Positions 1 to 11,563 of a DNA stretch of 64,000 nucleotides are shown here, piece by piece. The stretch is from an uncultured Planctomycetota bacterium. Its GTDB lineage: Bacteria; Planctomycetota; Planctomycetia; Isosphaerales; Isosphaeraceae. A program made the translations under genes and the position numbers. Under the pieces are notes generated by a model, which was not told the DNA's origin, made no database searches, and saw nothing but the letters and a program-made list of their open reading frames with translations. Position 1 is the first letter of the stretch, and every line of letters begins with the position of its first letter. The stretch lies in the NCBI GenBank assembly GCA_963823665.1, contig CAWGMQ010000005.1, positions 1,248,001 to 1,312,000 of the forward strand, read 5' to 3'.

Positions 1-1802
1 GGGCGAGCTGTTCGTCAGGGGGAGCGGCGAGTAACTGGTTCATTGCCAGGTCGATGACGACGGAACCTCGGCTGTGGCCGATCAGGTGGACGTCGATCAC
101 GTCGTTTGGCTCAAGTTGGCTGGAAAGTCCCTGTGCCGCCTGGACGATGTCGTTATAGAGCGCGGTCCCGGCGCGATAGACCGCCTGTGAATCCAGTTTC
201 CCACTCGCCCAGCCGAATGGAATGACCGCGGAATAGCCGTTTCCGTCCTCCGGTCCGAGCGCGTCGGCCATGTCATCGACCCAATCCGGCGGCGGGGCAT
301 TGTCGTCTGTAACGCCGAGTTGAAACCCGACGGAAACCGCACCGATGATGTAGATCTCGAAATGAGCTTCGCTTTCGTCGACCGCGAGGTCGGTCGGCAC
401 GTTGCCGTTCGCATCGACGACGACGGCAAGAACGTAGGGAAGAGCCGGGTCCGGGGCTAACGGCTCGACGGGCGAAGCTTCATTTGGGGCCGGGCTCGAC
501 AGAGGAATGGTGACTGTGCCACCCCCTGGTTGCGGATTGTCGACCGCAAACGGAACGCTGACCGCAACGTGGGTCGCGTTGCTCTGAAACGTGGGCCGGT
601 CGGACCGGTAGATCTGAATGTAAAAGGATGGAGTTGTCGGATCGTGCACGTCGTAATCGACGATGGCCTCGCGCGAATCCGTAGTACTGACCGAGTCCAG
701 GGTCACGTCCGCGAGCGTGAGGAACGCAACCTTGTTTGGATCGGCGGGTGTTATGAGGTTACCGGGGTCCGCGACGACCAGCAGATCAGTTGCACCCGGC
801 GGCGGCGTACCGAGCTGCGCAGGCGTGGCGTTCAAGTCGTAGGTTCCCTCCGTGGTCGCGGTTGTCGTTGTCACGATCGGAGCGCCGAGCACTGTGTTCA
901 CGGTCGTTCCGCCAGCGTAGTCAAGGTCAACGGTGGTGGCCTGAGGCAGGTTGGCACCGCTGATCGTGTAGCCGTAGTCAGCACCGTCGCCGCTGCTATC
1001 CCATGTTGGGGTCACCGGTGTGATCGTGGGAGTAATGCTGGCATCCAGATTTGCGTCCACGAGCCAGCCCACGTTATTGATCAGGGCACCGAGGAATGGT
1101 GCGATCGTTTGGCCGCTGAGGCTGTCCGAGAAGATGAGCGTGAACGTGTCGCCGATATGGGCCTGAAGCGTGCCAGTTTCGACATCCGCCGGCGGCGACT
1201 CCGATCGGCGTGACGCCACTGCCTCCCAGTTGATAGGACTTGTTTGCGAGCGCGGTCGTAACGCCGTCATACGCATAGCTGACAGAATAGGAAAAGTTGG
1301 CCGTCGCGTTGTTTGATGCGAATGTTTTGACGTTGAATGAGAAACTGAACTGGATGTTGACCGGCTCGCCGGTGGTCTCGGATGAATTTGTGGCAACGAT
1401 CGTGACCGGAATGGCGGCGCCGATATTACCGCTCGTGTCGGTCAGCCCCGCGGTCAACGCAACGCTCGCGATCCCCTTTTTTGCGACACTTCCCTGTGAC
1501 AGGATGTCGAGGTTGACACCGGGATAGGTCGTGTTCGACGCGGTAGCCGTCAGGGTCACGTTGGACACCGCTGTCCCGTCGTTATGGGTGAACTGTTGCG
1601 ATTGAGAAGCCGGGGTGTTCAGATTCGAGATCTCATTCTCGGTCTGAACAACCGAGTCGAGCGTCGATTGCTCACCGAGCCCGCCCGCGAATTGCAGCAA
1701 TGCGAGCAGGGTGCGATCCTCAAGCCCGGTCAGCGAGGGCCGGAAAACACGACGCATTACAGGGGATGAAGCTTGTGTGGAGCGGGGTCGTCTCCGGCGC
1801 AT
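1..1802 (-). CDS. Exported surface protein with LEDRTLLA motif and alpha/beta-hydrolase domain; runs off the window, frameshift near 1195; paralog of 41810-49519
   Basis: ATG at 1802 with AGAGGAG upstream; basic N-terminus then LEDRTLLA. After a shift near 1195 the other frame reads ETGTLQAHIGDTFT..ITPVTPTWDS..YGYTISGANLPQATTVDLD..HLIGHSRGS (GHSRG at 65-79), matching the 2569-aa protein. Confidence 0.8.
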
Positions 1803-2005
1803 CGGTGCTTCTCCTCTTATTTGACGGAGCGAGTCGCGGATGAAATCGGCGAACGTCGAGCCAGGCGCGCAGGACCAGCGCCCCGGACTGTCACGGCCTG
1901 TGCTTAAGAAGGAATTACGCCGCAAAGAAGGCCGACACCAGGTGGCATCGAAGCGCGGTGCCGGCACGAGCTTTCATGGACCGGGTAGAACGGTGAGCCC
2001 GGCGA

Positions 2006-4372
2006 TCATGGCGTGGAGTGTTGCTTGTCGTTTTCCTCCTTCTCACGCGTGGACATTGGATGGTCGGTCACGCCAAGCAGGGCCGCCGCTTCCGCGCGGA
2101 AGATGGCGAGCTCCGTGTCGCTCGGGCGGCTCGTGTTCATCACGCGAGTTGCGGATCGATAGCGGTCCAAGGCCCGTGCACCGTCGCCGGCGTGATGGTA
2201 TGCCATGGCGAGGACAAAACATCCCAGGGCAATATCGCCCGCTCCGTAGAGGGACTCCGTTCCATGGCGCTCTGGGGCCAGTGGTGGTTCGAGCGTGTCG
2301 ATCGCGGCTCGGAAATCGCCTTTCCGATAGTGGGCGATGCCTTCCAACAACCAGTGAGGACTTAGACTGGGATCATACGGCCGAGCTGAGCGCGTGTCTT
2401 TCTCTTTTTCGATCATCCTCGCCGTCAGCTCGAGGACCCGGCCCGGATCTCGAAAGGAAGCTTCGGGACAAATCGCCAAAAACCACCGCAGGCGACGCAG
2501 GCTCTCGAAACGCTGGGGATCAAGTTCGACAGCGCGAAGATAATCCTTCCGCGCCCGTTCGAAATGATCGATCGCTTGGGATCGTAAACCCGATGCGTAA
2601 AGCTGAAGGCCCAATATGTTGTGGGATGTGCCGAGCACCGCCGCATGGTCTGGCTTGGAGGGGTCCACCGTCACGAGCCGCTCACCGAGACGGATGGCCT
2701 GCTCGAAGGCCGTGATGGCTTCCTTGATTTCCCCGCTCACGAAGCAGAGGTTCGCGAGGTGGTGGCAGGCCTCGATCGACTCGGACAGCACACGCGGATC
2801 GCGACTCGACTCATCGATGAATCCCTCGATCGTCCTGCGGGAGTGTTCCCGAACAGAACGGCGCAACTCTCTGACCTGGGCGGAGTCTGGTAGCGTTCGG
2901 TCGTGCAGTCGCAAGAGCAAATGGTCAAGCCCCTGCAGAACAACCGAAAGGCGATACCCCGCTCGGACACTATTTGCCTGAGCAGTCGCAGCGAATTGTC
3001 TGGCGCGAACTTCCTCATCTCGAGCCCGCTTGATGGCCGCCTGGGTCGTGACCTGCTCCCGTGCGATGAGGACGATCGCGACGGCCAGGATGATGGCTGT
3101 GGTCATCGACGCGGCCGCGGTGCCGACCAGGGTCGAAGGGTGGCGTCTGACCCACTTCGAAATCTGCTCGTACGCACTGGGCCGCTTGGCCTTGATCGGC
3201 TTGTTCTCCAGAAACCGCCGCAAGTCATCGGCCAGTTCCTGAGCGGTCGCGTACCGCGATTCGGGCTCCTTGCTCATCGCCTTCTGAAGGATTGTCTCAA
3301 GCTCGCGCGGGGTTGCGGGATTGAGCTTGCGAGGGGGAGCCGGCTCCTCGTGCGCAATCTTGTGCATGAGTTCCTGCCGGTCCTGACCCTCGATGGCCGG
3401 CCGCAATGTCAATAATTCATAGAGCGTCGCGCCCAGCGAGTAGATATCGGCGCGGTGGTCCAGGTAGCCGCGCCTGGCGAGTGCTTGCTCGGGGCTCATG
3501 TAACGGAGCGTACCCAGCAGGTCGCCGGTCATGGTCAACCCGTTGTCGTCCTGGAGCCGGGCCAGGCCGAAGTCGGTGATCCAGAGGCGGCCGGCCGCGT
3601 CGAGCAGGAGGTTCGCCGGCTTGATATCGCGGTGGATGACGCCCTGGCCGTGCGCGTGATCCAGCGCCAAGGCAGCCTGGATGCCGAGCGTGGCGGCCAT
3701 GCGCATGAACTCGCCGGTCCGGGACGACGGGGTGGGACTGACGGAGCGGGCCGCCGCGGTCACGGCCGGAGACGCGGACGGACCGTCGTCGATGGGCGGT
3801 GAGTGTTCGAAGCTCCGCCGTTCGTTAATCAACTGGGCGAGGGTCTGGCCGTCGATAAACTGCATCGCGTAGTAATGCACCCCGCGCTCGCAGCCGACGG
3901 CATGAATCGGCACGATGTTCGTGTGGTGCAACAGCGCCGCGGCCTGGGCCTCGGTCTTGAACCGCTGGAGCTGGCGCGGGTCGAGCCCGCCGGCCAAGGG
4001 CAGAACCTTCAAGGCAACACGCCGGTGCAGCGAGAGCTGCTCGGCCTCATACACGACCCCCATGCCGCCACGGCCGACTTCGCGCAGGATCCGGAAATCG
4101 CCCACGACACCCAGCTCGGAGGCAGAGATGGCCTCTGACACTGGCAGGCCACATCGATCCCGGACTGCCGAGCGGCTCAGCTCGGCCATCATCTGCAAGG
4201 CGGGGAGCAACTGCCCTAGAGCTTTTGCGTGCTCCGGGTACTGGGCGGCAAAAGCGCTCGGATCGAGCGATTCACCCGCCTGGAGGCGCTCCAGGAACTG
4301 CTCGACCAGCTCGGCCTGGATCGAGTCACTCCTGCTGGCTGAGCGCGGCTCGACGCGTGTGCCAATGCTCAT
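2006..4372 (-). CDS. Hanks-type Ser/Thr protein kinase with TM helix and C-terminal TPR-like helices
   Basis: GRGGMGVV, VALKVL, HRDIKPANLL, DFG, YMSPEQ; hydrophobic segment IILAVAIVLIA; helical repeat C-terminus. Confidence 0.95.
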   Translation of the reverse strand: MSIGTRVEPRSASRSDSIQAELVEQFLERLQAGESLDPSAFAAQYPEHAKALGQLLPALQMMAELSRSAVRDRCGLPVSEAISASELGVVGDFRILREVGRGGMGVVYEAEQLSLHRRVALKVLPLAGGLDPRQLQRFKTEAQAAALLHHTNIVPIHAVGCERGVHYYAMQFIDGQTLAQLINERRSFEHSPPIDDGPSASPAVTAAARSVSPTPSSRTGEFMRMAATLGIQAALALDHAHGQGVIHRDIKPANLLLDAAGRLWITDFGLARLQDDNGLTMTGDLLGTLRYMSPEQALARRGYLDHRADIYSLGATLYELLTLRPAIEGQDRQELMHKIAHEEPAPPRKLNPATPRELETILQKAMSKEPESRYATAQELADDLRRFLENKPIKAKRPSAYEQISKWVRRHPSTLVGTAAASMTTAIILAVAIVLIAREQVTTQAAIKRARDEEVRARQFAATAQANSVRAGYRLSVVLQGLDHLLLRLHDRTLPDSAQVRELRRSVREHSRRTIEGFIDESSRDPRVLSESIEACHHLANLCFVSGEIKEAITAFEQAIRLGERLVTVDPSKPDHAAVLGTSHNILGLQLYASGLRSQAIDHFERARKDYLRAVELDPQRFESLRRLRWFLAICPEASFRDPGRVLELTARMIEKEKDTRSARPYDPSLSPHWLLEGIAHYRKGDFRAAIDTLEPPLAPERHGTESLYGAGDIALGCFVLAMAYHHAGDGARALDRYRSATRVMNTSRPSDTELAIFRAEAAALLGVTDHPMSTREKEENDKQHSTP

Positions 4373-4986
4373 GGCGACTCTCCCAAGATGGATCTCAACC
4401 GCCGGAGCGCGCGGAGGTGACGGACCTTGACGGCCCCTTCGGTCAGGCCCAGGATCTCGGCGATCTCGGCGATGGGAAGTTGCTCCAGGTTGCGCATGAC
4501 CAGGATCTCGCGGTCATGCGGAGCCAAACCCTCCAGAGCGGCTCGGAGCCGCTGACGCAGCTCGTTACGAATCAGGGCTTGACTGGGGCTGGCGCCGCCG
4601 GCCGCCAGGCGGGCCAAGCACAGCACTGAATTGTCAGGCAGCGGCATGGACCAGGGCTCCTCGCGGGTAACGCTCCGCTTCTTCGACCGGATGTGGTGGC
4701 GGTGCAGCTTGACCAGCCGTTCCCATGCGAACTGGCGCAGCCAGGCATAGTAGGGGAGCGGTCGAGAACGAAGGAATTCGTCCAGTTGCTGTGCCGCTTC
4801 GACCAGCGCCTCCTGGACAACGTCGGAAGGGTCCAGTCGCGCGGCGACCCCGCGATCGAGCCGCACGGCGACCATCTTGACCAGCCGTTTGCGATGCCGG
4901 ACCAGTAACTGCTGGCGTGCCGCGATATTGCCTTGGGCGGTGAGCGCGAGCAGCTCCTCGGTGTCAGGCTCCGACACGGTGTTCAT
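4369..4986 (-). CDS. ECF sigma-70 factor, planctomycete STK-associated type
   Basis: Region 2 DPSDVVQEA..WLR; region 4 DREILVMRNLEQLPIAEIAEILG; 4-nt ATGA overlap with the kinase. Confidence 0.92.
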   Translation of the reverse strand: MNTVSEPDTEELLALTAQGNIAARQQLLVRHRKRLVKMVAVRLDRGVAARLDPSDVVQEALVEAAQQLDEFLRSRPLPYYAWLRQFAWERLVKLHRHHIRSKKRSVTREEPWSMPLPDNSVLCLARLAAGGASPSQALIRNELRQRLRAALEGLAPHDREILVMRNLEQLPIAEIAEILGLTEGAVKVRHLRALRRLRSILGESP

Positions 4987-5249
4987 CGAGAGCTTCCTCC
5001 ATCATAATAACCTTCCCAAACGGCGGAAAAGGTTACAGGACGGTACACATTTTCTCACCACACGTTCGAGATCTTACCGGCGGGGCGACGCGAGTTCGAG
5101 AAAAAACAGCCCCATCGGAACTCGTCCCGTGCCGTGAGCCCGAACGCTCCCAAAACACCCCACCCAAGTATTTTTTTGCATTTGCACCGAGGGCTTCCTG
5201 GCATAATGAGTAGACGGACGAGATTTCTGGAGGGGGGCCGGGTGAGGCG

Positions 5250-6275
5250 ATGCCCGAGCAATCAAGCGACGCGACCTTGCTGGAGCGATTCGTCAGTTTT
5301 GGCGAAGAAGCTGCGTTCGTGGCTCTGGTGGAACGCTACGGACCGCTCGTGCAGCATGTCTGCCGGCGCGTGCTTCATAACGAGCACGACGTGGAGGACG
5401 TTTTCCAGGCCACGTTTCTCGTCCTGGCGCGACGGGCAGGCGGTATCGCGTGGTCTGAGTCGGTGGGTGGGTGGCTCGGTGCCGTCGCTCATCGGCTGGC
5501 GCTCGGCGCCCGGTCCGACCTTTCCCGGCGGCACCGGCGCGAGACCTCGCTCTCCACGCTCGCCACGAGGCGGGAAAGCTCCGGGTTGATCGTGGCGGAA
5601 GCCGGGCTGCCCGAAGAGCTTCACCCGTTCGCCGATCCGTTCGCCGAGCTGGGACGCAGGGAGCTCGGGCGGCTGGTCCGAGACGAGCTGCGCGGCCTGC
5701 CTGAGAAATACCGCTCGCCGGTCGTCTTGTGCTATTTCGAGGGCCGGACACACGCGGAAGCCGCTCGGCAGCTCGGATATCCGGCCGGCTCGATCTCGCG
5801 GCGGCTGAAACGCGCCGGAGCCCTCCTGCGGCGGCGGCTCATTCATCGCGGGCTCACGTTCGCAATCGCCTTCCTGCTGGTGGGGCTGCTGCTCTTCTCC
5901 ATTTGCAGGAGCGGCGGCGACCCGCGCGCCACCGCCCTATCCGTTCGATCGGCGATGTCGTCGTTGGAGCCGCGGCACTCCGGAGCGACGAAAATGCAAA
6001 TGCAAGCTCTGATCGATGAGATAGAACGATCCGGTATTGATCGAAGCGAGCAAGAGATTGCCGCCTTCGCCCGCCGAGCTACTCAGGTGGCCGACGAGAT
6101 CGAGCCGTACTCGCCCGGCAAGCTTCCGGACGAATGGCGGAGATACTCGGCCGAGATGCGGCAATCCGCCGTCCTGCTCGCCCAGGCCACCCAGATCCAC
6201 GACCAGGCCTCGATGCTCGGGGCTGCCCGCCGCTTGAATGCCGCGTGTCTGGGATGCCATGAGACCTTCCACTAG
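5250..6275 (+). CDS. ECF sigma factor fused to a TM helix and C-terminal cytochrome c'-like (CXXCH) domain
   Basis: SDATLLERF..DVEDVFQATFLVLARRA..GGWL; region 4 LPEKYRSPVVLCYFEGRTHAEAARQLG; TM GLTFAIAFLLVGLLLFSIC; terminal CLGCH (6246-6260) after a helical W..Y...M...A..LA pattern. Confidence 0.85.
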   Translation: MPEQSSDATLLERFVSFGEEAAFVALVERYGPLVQHVCRRVLHNEHDVEDVFQATFLVLARRAGGIAWSESVGGWLGAVAHRLALGARSDLSRRHRRETSLSTLATRRESSGLIVAEAGLPEELHPFADPFAELGRRELGRLVRDELRGLPEKYRSPVVLCYFEGRTHAEAARQLGYPAGSISRRLKRAGALLRRRLIHRGLTFAIAFLLVGLLLFSICRSGGDPRATALSVRSAMSSLEPRHSGATKMQMQALIDEIERSGIDRSEQEIAAFARRATQVADEIEPYSPGKLPDEWRRYSAEMRQSAVLLAQATQIHDQASMLGAARRLNAACLGCHETFH

Positions 6276-6407
6276 ATGGCGCTCACACTGGTCCGGAGCC
6301 GTGAATCCGGATAGAATGACCATGCTGACTCCCGTGAAGCGATCTGGGCCCTTGTTGCCTACCGTTGAACCCACCCTCGAGATCGCCCTATCCTGGTTAG
6401 GCATAAG

Positions 6408-8668
6408 ATGATGGCGACAGCTACCAAGAAGATTCCCCCGGCACCGCAGACGCCTTCGGGCAGGGAGGAAACCTGGGAATCGGAAACGCTCGGGGACCGG
6501 ATCGCCCGGGGATTTGACGCGATTTATCGCTTTCTGGCTTCCTTGAAGCTCGCGGTGATCTCGATCAGCACCCTGGCGGCGACTCTCGCCTACGCGACCG
6601 TCTTCGAGTCGAGGTATGGCGGAGGAGCGGCTCAGGAGTGGATTTATCGCAGCCCCGGATTCGCGATCCTGCTGGCGTTTCTCGGGATGAACATCCTGTG
6701 CGCGGCCCTGATTCGCTATCCCTGGAAGAAACGCCAGACCGGCTTCGTGGTCACTCATGTCGGGCTGCTGACCCTCCTGGCCGGCTCCTTTTACAGCGTG
6801 CGAACAGCCGACGAGGGCCAGGTGGGCATGGTCGAGGGAGACGTCAAGAGCGAGCTGGTGCGCTCGGAGCATCCCGTGATCCGGGTCTGGGAGATCGACC
6901 CCCATCCGCGGCAGCACGCGGGCCATCAAGATGAATCCCAGGGCGGCGCCGACCACGCGCACACGCCGGAGCGCGTTCGCGAGCTGGACCTGCCGTTTGG
7001 GGCGGGCCGCTTCGCGTGGGGGCCGCACACGCCGCGGGACGTGGGCTTGGTCCAGTCGGTGCTTTCGCGCGTGACCTTCGGCTGGCTCGGGACAGCCACC
7101 TCGCACGAGGATGTCCTGACCACGCCCGACGATCCGTTTCGCCTCGTCGTCAAGGAGTTCCTACCGGCCGCGGACGCGGCCGTCGCGCACGAGCCAGACC
7201 CGAACGGCGTGCCGATGGCTCGGATCGATTTGCAGTTCAAGGGCCCGGCGATGCCCCGCGCCCAGGACGCCTTCCGCTCCGAAAAGGAGCATTGGTTTGC
7301 GCTCGACAAGGAGAGGAAGTTCTACCGGCTCGTTCGCAGCCATCCGCCTGCGATGATCAGCTTCTCTTATGTAGACCGCCCCGAGCTCGTCGAAGATTTT
7401 CTGAAACCGCCGCCTGACGGACCGAATGGCGGTACGGCCCGGTTCCGCTATAAAGATCGAACCGGGGGCAGCCGCACGTTCGACTGGGTGCTCGATGGAC
7501 AGGAGGGCAAGTCAATCGTCCTCCCCGACAGCGACCTGACCGTCAAGCTCGAAAAGATGATCGAGATTCCCACCGACACGCGAGAAACCGCTTTGCTCAA
7601 TCAGTACCTGGGTGACGATCCTGTTCCGGTCGCCTCATTCCAGATCCAGGCCGGCACCAATGAGCCGGTGCTGCACATGGTGCTCGGCAATGTGCCGATG
7701 GTGCCCAACGTCATTCCCACGGCCAAGACATCAAGCAGTCCGGCCCCGGCGCCGCTGGCCGCGATTCACTACATGATCACTCCGACGCTCGACCCCAAGA
7801 CCAACGGCCGCTTTGGCCAGATCGACGTGCTGGCCGGTCCCGACGACGCGCTTTACTATCGCATTTTCGGCCGGTCGAAAGAGGGCGGCAAAGGCGAGCT
7901 TCGCGCCTCGGGCGCCTCGAAAAGGCCAAGCCCATTCTGGCCTTCGGCGGGGGCGCCAGTATGCCGATGACCATCACGTTTCAGGTCGACAGCTACCTGC
8001 CCGCGGCGATCGAGAAGCAGATCTACGAGCCGGTCGATCTCCCCAAGGGCCAGATGGATAACGGCATCCCGGCCTGCCGCGCCGAGATGACAGTAAACGG
8101 CCAGACCAAGGAAATCTGGCTGAGTCGCTCCGAAAACTACCTCGATCATCCGCGGTCGCGCTACCTCACCTTCGGCAACGCCGTTTACGAGCTGATGTTC
8201 GACGTCGATCGCCGGCCGCTGGGCTTTCAGCTCAAGCTCGACGACTTCGATACCGAGTTCGAGCCAGGCACCGAGCAGCCGACGCATTTCACGAGCCAGG
8301 TTCGTCTGACTGACTCCGCAGCGGGTATCAAGGACAAGCCATACACGATCTCGATGAATAACCCGCTCGACCATAAGGGCTACACGTTCTATCAATCGAA
8401 CTACATCCGCGTGCGAGACCCGGACACGGGCAGTTTCACGGGGCAGTTCGAGTCGATTTTCCAGGTGGCCACCAATCCCGGCCGGCCCATCATCTATGGA
8501 GGCTGCGCTCTGGTGGTCCTGGGCACGTTCCTTCAGTTCTACATGCGAGCGGGGGTCTTCACCGACGGCGGCAAGAAAGAGCGCGAATGCGCCCTCGCCA
8601 AATTGAAGAAGAAAGCCGCAAAGCAAGAGACCACAGCCACAACCGCAACCGCGGTAGAAGACCTTTGA
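6408..8668 (+). CDS. resB: ResB/CcsB-like cytochrome c biogenesis protein (System II), split by frameshift near 7915
   Basis: FLASLKLAV..ATVFES..THVGLLTLLAG N-terminal TMs; C-terminal ISMNNPLDHKGYTFYQS..PGRPIIYGG. ORFs 6408-7970 and 7961-8668 join via EKAKPILAFGGGASMPM. Confidence 0.85.
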
Positions 8669-8732
8669 TATGGATCGTTCCAGCCTGATTCCACCCAAGA
8701 ACAATCATGCGATCAAACCGCCAGGAGAAGCG

Positions 8733-11453
8733 ATGATGAACCGAATCGGCACGCGATTGGTCGCGGGGTTGCTGGCTGGATTGTTTGCGGGGCTCGTGCC
8801 CGCTCATGCCTCCCCCGAGCCCAAGCCGAAGTCGCCGGGCACTGGCCGCGCGTATGAGCTGCTCGGCAAGGTGGCCGTCTTGCACGAGGGCCGGATCAAG
8901 CCACTGGATACCGTCGCCCGCGAAGAGATCAAGCAGATCTACGGCCGCGAGACGATCAAGCTGCATGATCCGGCCGAGGAAATTGCCAAGATTCTCGAGC
9001 CCGCGGCCGGGAAGCCCGCGGAGGAGCCCGCCGTCCAGACATGGGGACCGGTCGGCGCGTTCCTTGACTGGATCGTCGTCCCTGAGTTCTGGGACGATCA
9101 GCCCTTCATCCTGGTCGATTCTCTGCCGCTGCGTCGGCGTCTCATCGCCGAGACGATCACAAAACGCCTGAACGCGATCGCCGAGAAGTCAACCACGCCC
9201 GCGGACGAGAAACCACTCTTGCAAAAGCTCGCGGCCCAGGCCGAGCCGGCCCAGGCGGCGCTGGCCAGTCTCGCCCGGACTTCCAAGCTGCCGATCGAGG
9301 ACAAGAAGACCATCGCCGAGCTAGCCGCCAAGCTCACCGAAGAGCACAAGTGGATGACGCCTCGCGAGCTCGACGAAAGCCGGGTATCGGCGGATGGAGA
9401 AATGCACTCCTTCCTCGACTGGGCATCCGAGCTGAACACCTTGCAGCGCCAGTTCGACGCCAACCCCAAGGCGGGCCGGCGGCTCCTGGCGGTCGAGAAG
9501 CGGGCAGTCGAAGTCGCTTCGCGGCTCACGACCTACCAGGCTTACAGCGGCGACCGGATTCAAACAGCGGGTGTCGTGCTGATCATGCCCCGGCCGAACA
9601 ACAGCAAGTATCTGGCTCACACCGCTCTCGCAATCAAGGAGGTGCGCGAGAAGAAAGGCAACCCGGAGACCATGCCGCTCTTCAAGCTCGACGAGCTGAA
9701 GGCGATCTCCACGTACTGGAACAACATTCAACAAGATCAGCGCCACGACCCGACCGAGGATTCGAAATTCGATGAGCGATATACCGCGTGGCTTCGCGAC
9801 AATTCGGTCTGGGTTCCTCTCAAAGTCTTTTTGAAGTCGAATCCCGCCGACTTGATCGAAGGGGGTTACCCCGAAACCCCGACCAAGGCATTTCTGGACG
9901 CCTACCACGCACTCGAGCAGGCTGAATCAAGCTCTCCCGGCCACGTTGCTGAGGATGTGGCGGCGCAGTTCCTGAATGCATCGCGCGAGCTGGGTGAAGC
10001 GGTCAACCCCGCCCGCTACCCGACCGCGACCATGATCGCGCGCGAAACCCATTTCAACTCGATGAGTCCCTTCTCGCTCGCGCCCGTGGGTTATGGCACC
10101 GGCGTCGCCTTGCTCGTTCTGAGCCTGGCCATCGCCACGCTCACGGGAAGACCAGCTCAGAAGTCGCTCGCCGGGATGACGACATACGTCTTGGGGCTCG
10201 TGGGGCTCGTGGCTGGAATCTCACTCGAGATCTACGGCTTCTATCTGCGCGTCGTGATCACGGGCTGGGCACCCGTGACTAATATGTATGAAACGGTCGT
10301 CTGGGTCGCGCTGGTCGCCGGCGTGCTGTCGTTCATCCTGGAGATGATCTACCGAAAGGTGTTCATTGGCCTGGCTGGGTCAGCGGTGGGTCTGCTGGGA
10401 ACAATCACCGCTGCGTCGGTGCCCTTGCTGGACTCGAGCATCAAGAGTTTACAGCCGGTCTTGCGCAGCAACTTCTGGTTGTCGACGCACGTCGTGTGCG
10501 AGGTCTCGAGCTATGCGGCCTTCGCGGTGGCCTGGATGCTCGGGCTGATCGCGACGGCGTACTACTTGACCGCGACTTACCGTCGCTCGCCTCGCGTCCT
10601 GGAGCTGGTGCTTCCCCTGGTGATCGGCGTGCCTCTCCTGCTCTCTGGCGGAGTGGGAGTCGCTGCCTCCTACGGGTTGTTCGGCCCACGGTGGACTTTC
10701 AGCGACGGCGTTGCCCTTTTCGGCGGGCCTCTAACCTTGAGCGGCGATGTCCTGTTCTACATCTTCGGCGGCATTGCGCTGGCTGGAGAGCTCATCACGC
10801 TATCGGTCCTTCTCGCGCTGGGCGGTGAGTTCTTCAACCGGATGACGTTCAATCCCGACGCGCAGCTAGAAACCGCCGAGGAAAAGCACAGCAAAGTCAA
10901 GCTCGACGCTCGGGGTCGCGCCATGCAGCGGACGATCGCGAACGTCAAGCCGCTTTCCAACTTCGTTTATCGCACCATGCAGGTCGGCGTGCTGCTGATC
11001 GCCGGCGGAACGATTCTGGGGGGCGTCTGGGCCGACTACTCATGGGGCCGCTTCTGGGGATGGGACCCGAAGGAAGTCTGGGCGCTCATCACGCTGCTGG
11101 TGTACCTGGTTCCGCTGCACGGGCGCTTTGCCGGTTGGGTGAACACGTTCGGACTCACCGCCGCATCCGTGGTCTGCTTCAACTCGGTGATCATGGCCTG
11201 GTACGGCGTGAACTTCGTGCTGGGAGTGGGCTTGCACAGCTACGGCTTCGTCGAAGGGGGCTCGCAGGGGTTCATGCTCGTCATCCTCTTGGGCCTGCTC
11301 GCGCTGCCGTTTGGCGCCGGCTGGCGGAGGCACCTGGGTCAACACGTCGCGGCGGAGGCCGATCCCGAAATTCAGCCCTCGATCGAGCCGGTCGAATCGG
11401 GGTCGATTCGGACGGGGAAGCCGCGAACAACGCGTGCTCCTGCCGCATCGTGA
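8733..11453 (+). CDS. ccsA: Cytochrome c biogenesis protein CcsA/ResC with long N-terminal extracytoplasmic region
   Basis: WWD motif WADYSWGRFWGWDPKEVW, PVTNMYE, LQPVLRSNFWLSTHV, GLHSY; GRIKPLDT.AR near N-terminus; AGGAG before ATG 8733. Confidence 0.93.
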   Translation: MMNRIGTRLVAGLLAGLFAGLVPAHASPEPKPKSPGTGRAYELLGKVAVLHEGRIKPLDTVAREEIKQIYGRETIKLHDPAEEIAKILEPAAGKPAEEPAVQTWGPVGAFLDWIVVPEFWDDQPFILVDSLPLRRRLIAETITKRLNAIAEKSTTPADEKPLLQKLAAQAEPAQAALASLARTSKLPIEDKKTIAELAAKLTEEHKWMTPRELDESRVSADGEMHSFLDWASELNTLQRQFDANPKAGRRLLAVEKRAVEVASRLTTYQAYSGDRIQTAGVVLIMPRPNNSKYLAHTALAIKEVREKKGNPETMPLFKLDELKAISTYWNNIQQDQRHDPTEDSKFDERYTAWLRDNSVWVPLKVFLKSNPADLIEGGYPETPTKAFLDAYHALEQAESSSPGHVAEDVAAQFLNASRELGEAVNPARYPTATMIARETHFNSMSPFSLAPVGYGTGVALLVLSLAIATLTGRPAQKSLAGMTTYVLGLVGLVAGISLEIYGFYLRVVITGWAPVTNMYETVVWVALVAGVLSFILEMIYRKVFIGLAGSAVGLLGTITAASVPLLDSSIKSLQPVLRSNFWLSTHVVCEVSSYAAFAVAWMLGLIATAYYLTATYRRSPRVLELVLPLVIGVPLLLSGGVGVAASYGLFGPRWTFSDGVALFGGPLTLSGDVLFYIFGGIALAGELITLSVLLALGGEFFNRMTFNPDAQLETAEEKHSKVKLDARGRAMQRTIANVKPLSNFVYRTMQVGVLLIAGGTILGGVWADYSWGRFWGWDPKEVWALITLLVYLVPLHGRFAGWVNTFGLTAASVVCFNSVIMAWYGVNFVLGVGLHSYGFVEGGSQGFMLVILLGLLALPFGAGWRRHLGQHVAAEADPEIQPSIEPVESGSIRTGKPRTTRAPAAS

Positions 11454-11563
11454 TCCGTTGCCCGATGACCTCCGAACCGACGATCGGTTAGAATTACGCT
11501 TGCGAAGGGACGGACCGTACATCTGTGACCCGCTACCGCTGGGCGGCCTGTGGCGAGGTGGTC

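Noticed and set aside
4995..5040. ECF autoregulatory promoter (TGTAAC..GTTAT on the minus strand)
   Set aside because: Single instance; I could not find a convincing second copy upstream of candidate targets.
5937..7106. Long antisense ORFs (also 530-1213, 27303-28427, 33075-34166, 55403-56377 and others)
   Set aside because: Shadow ORFs expected in high-GC DNA opposite well-supported genes; no recognisable motifs.
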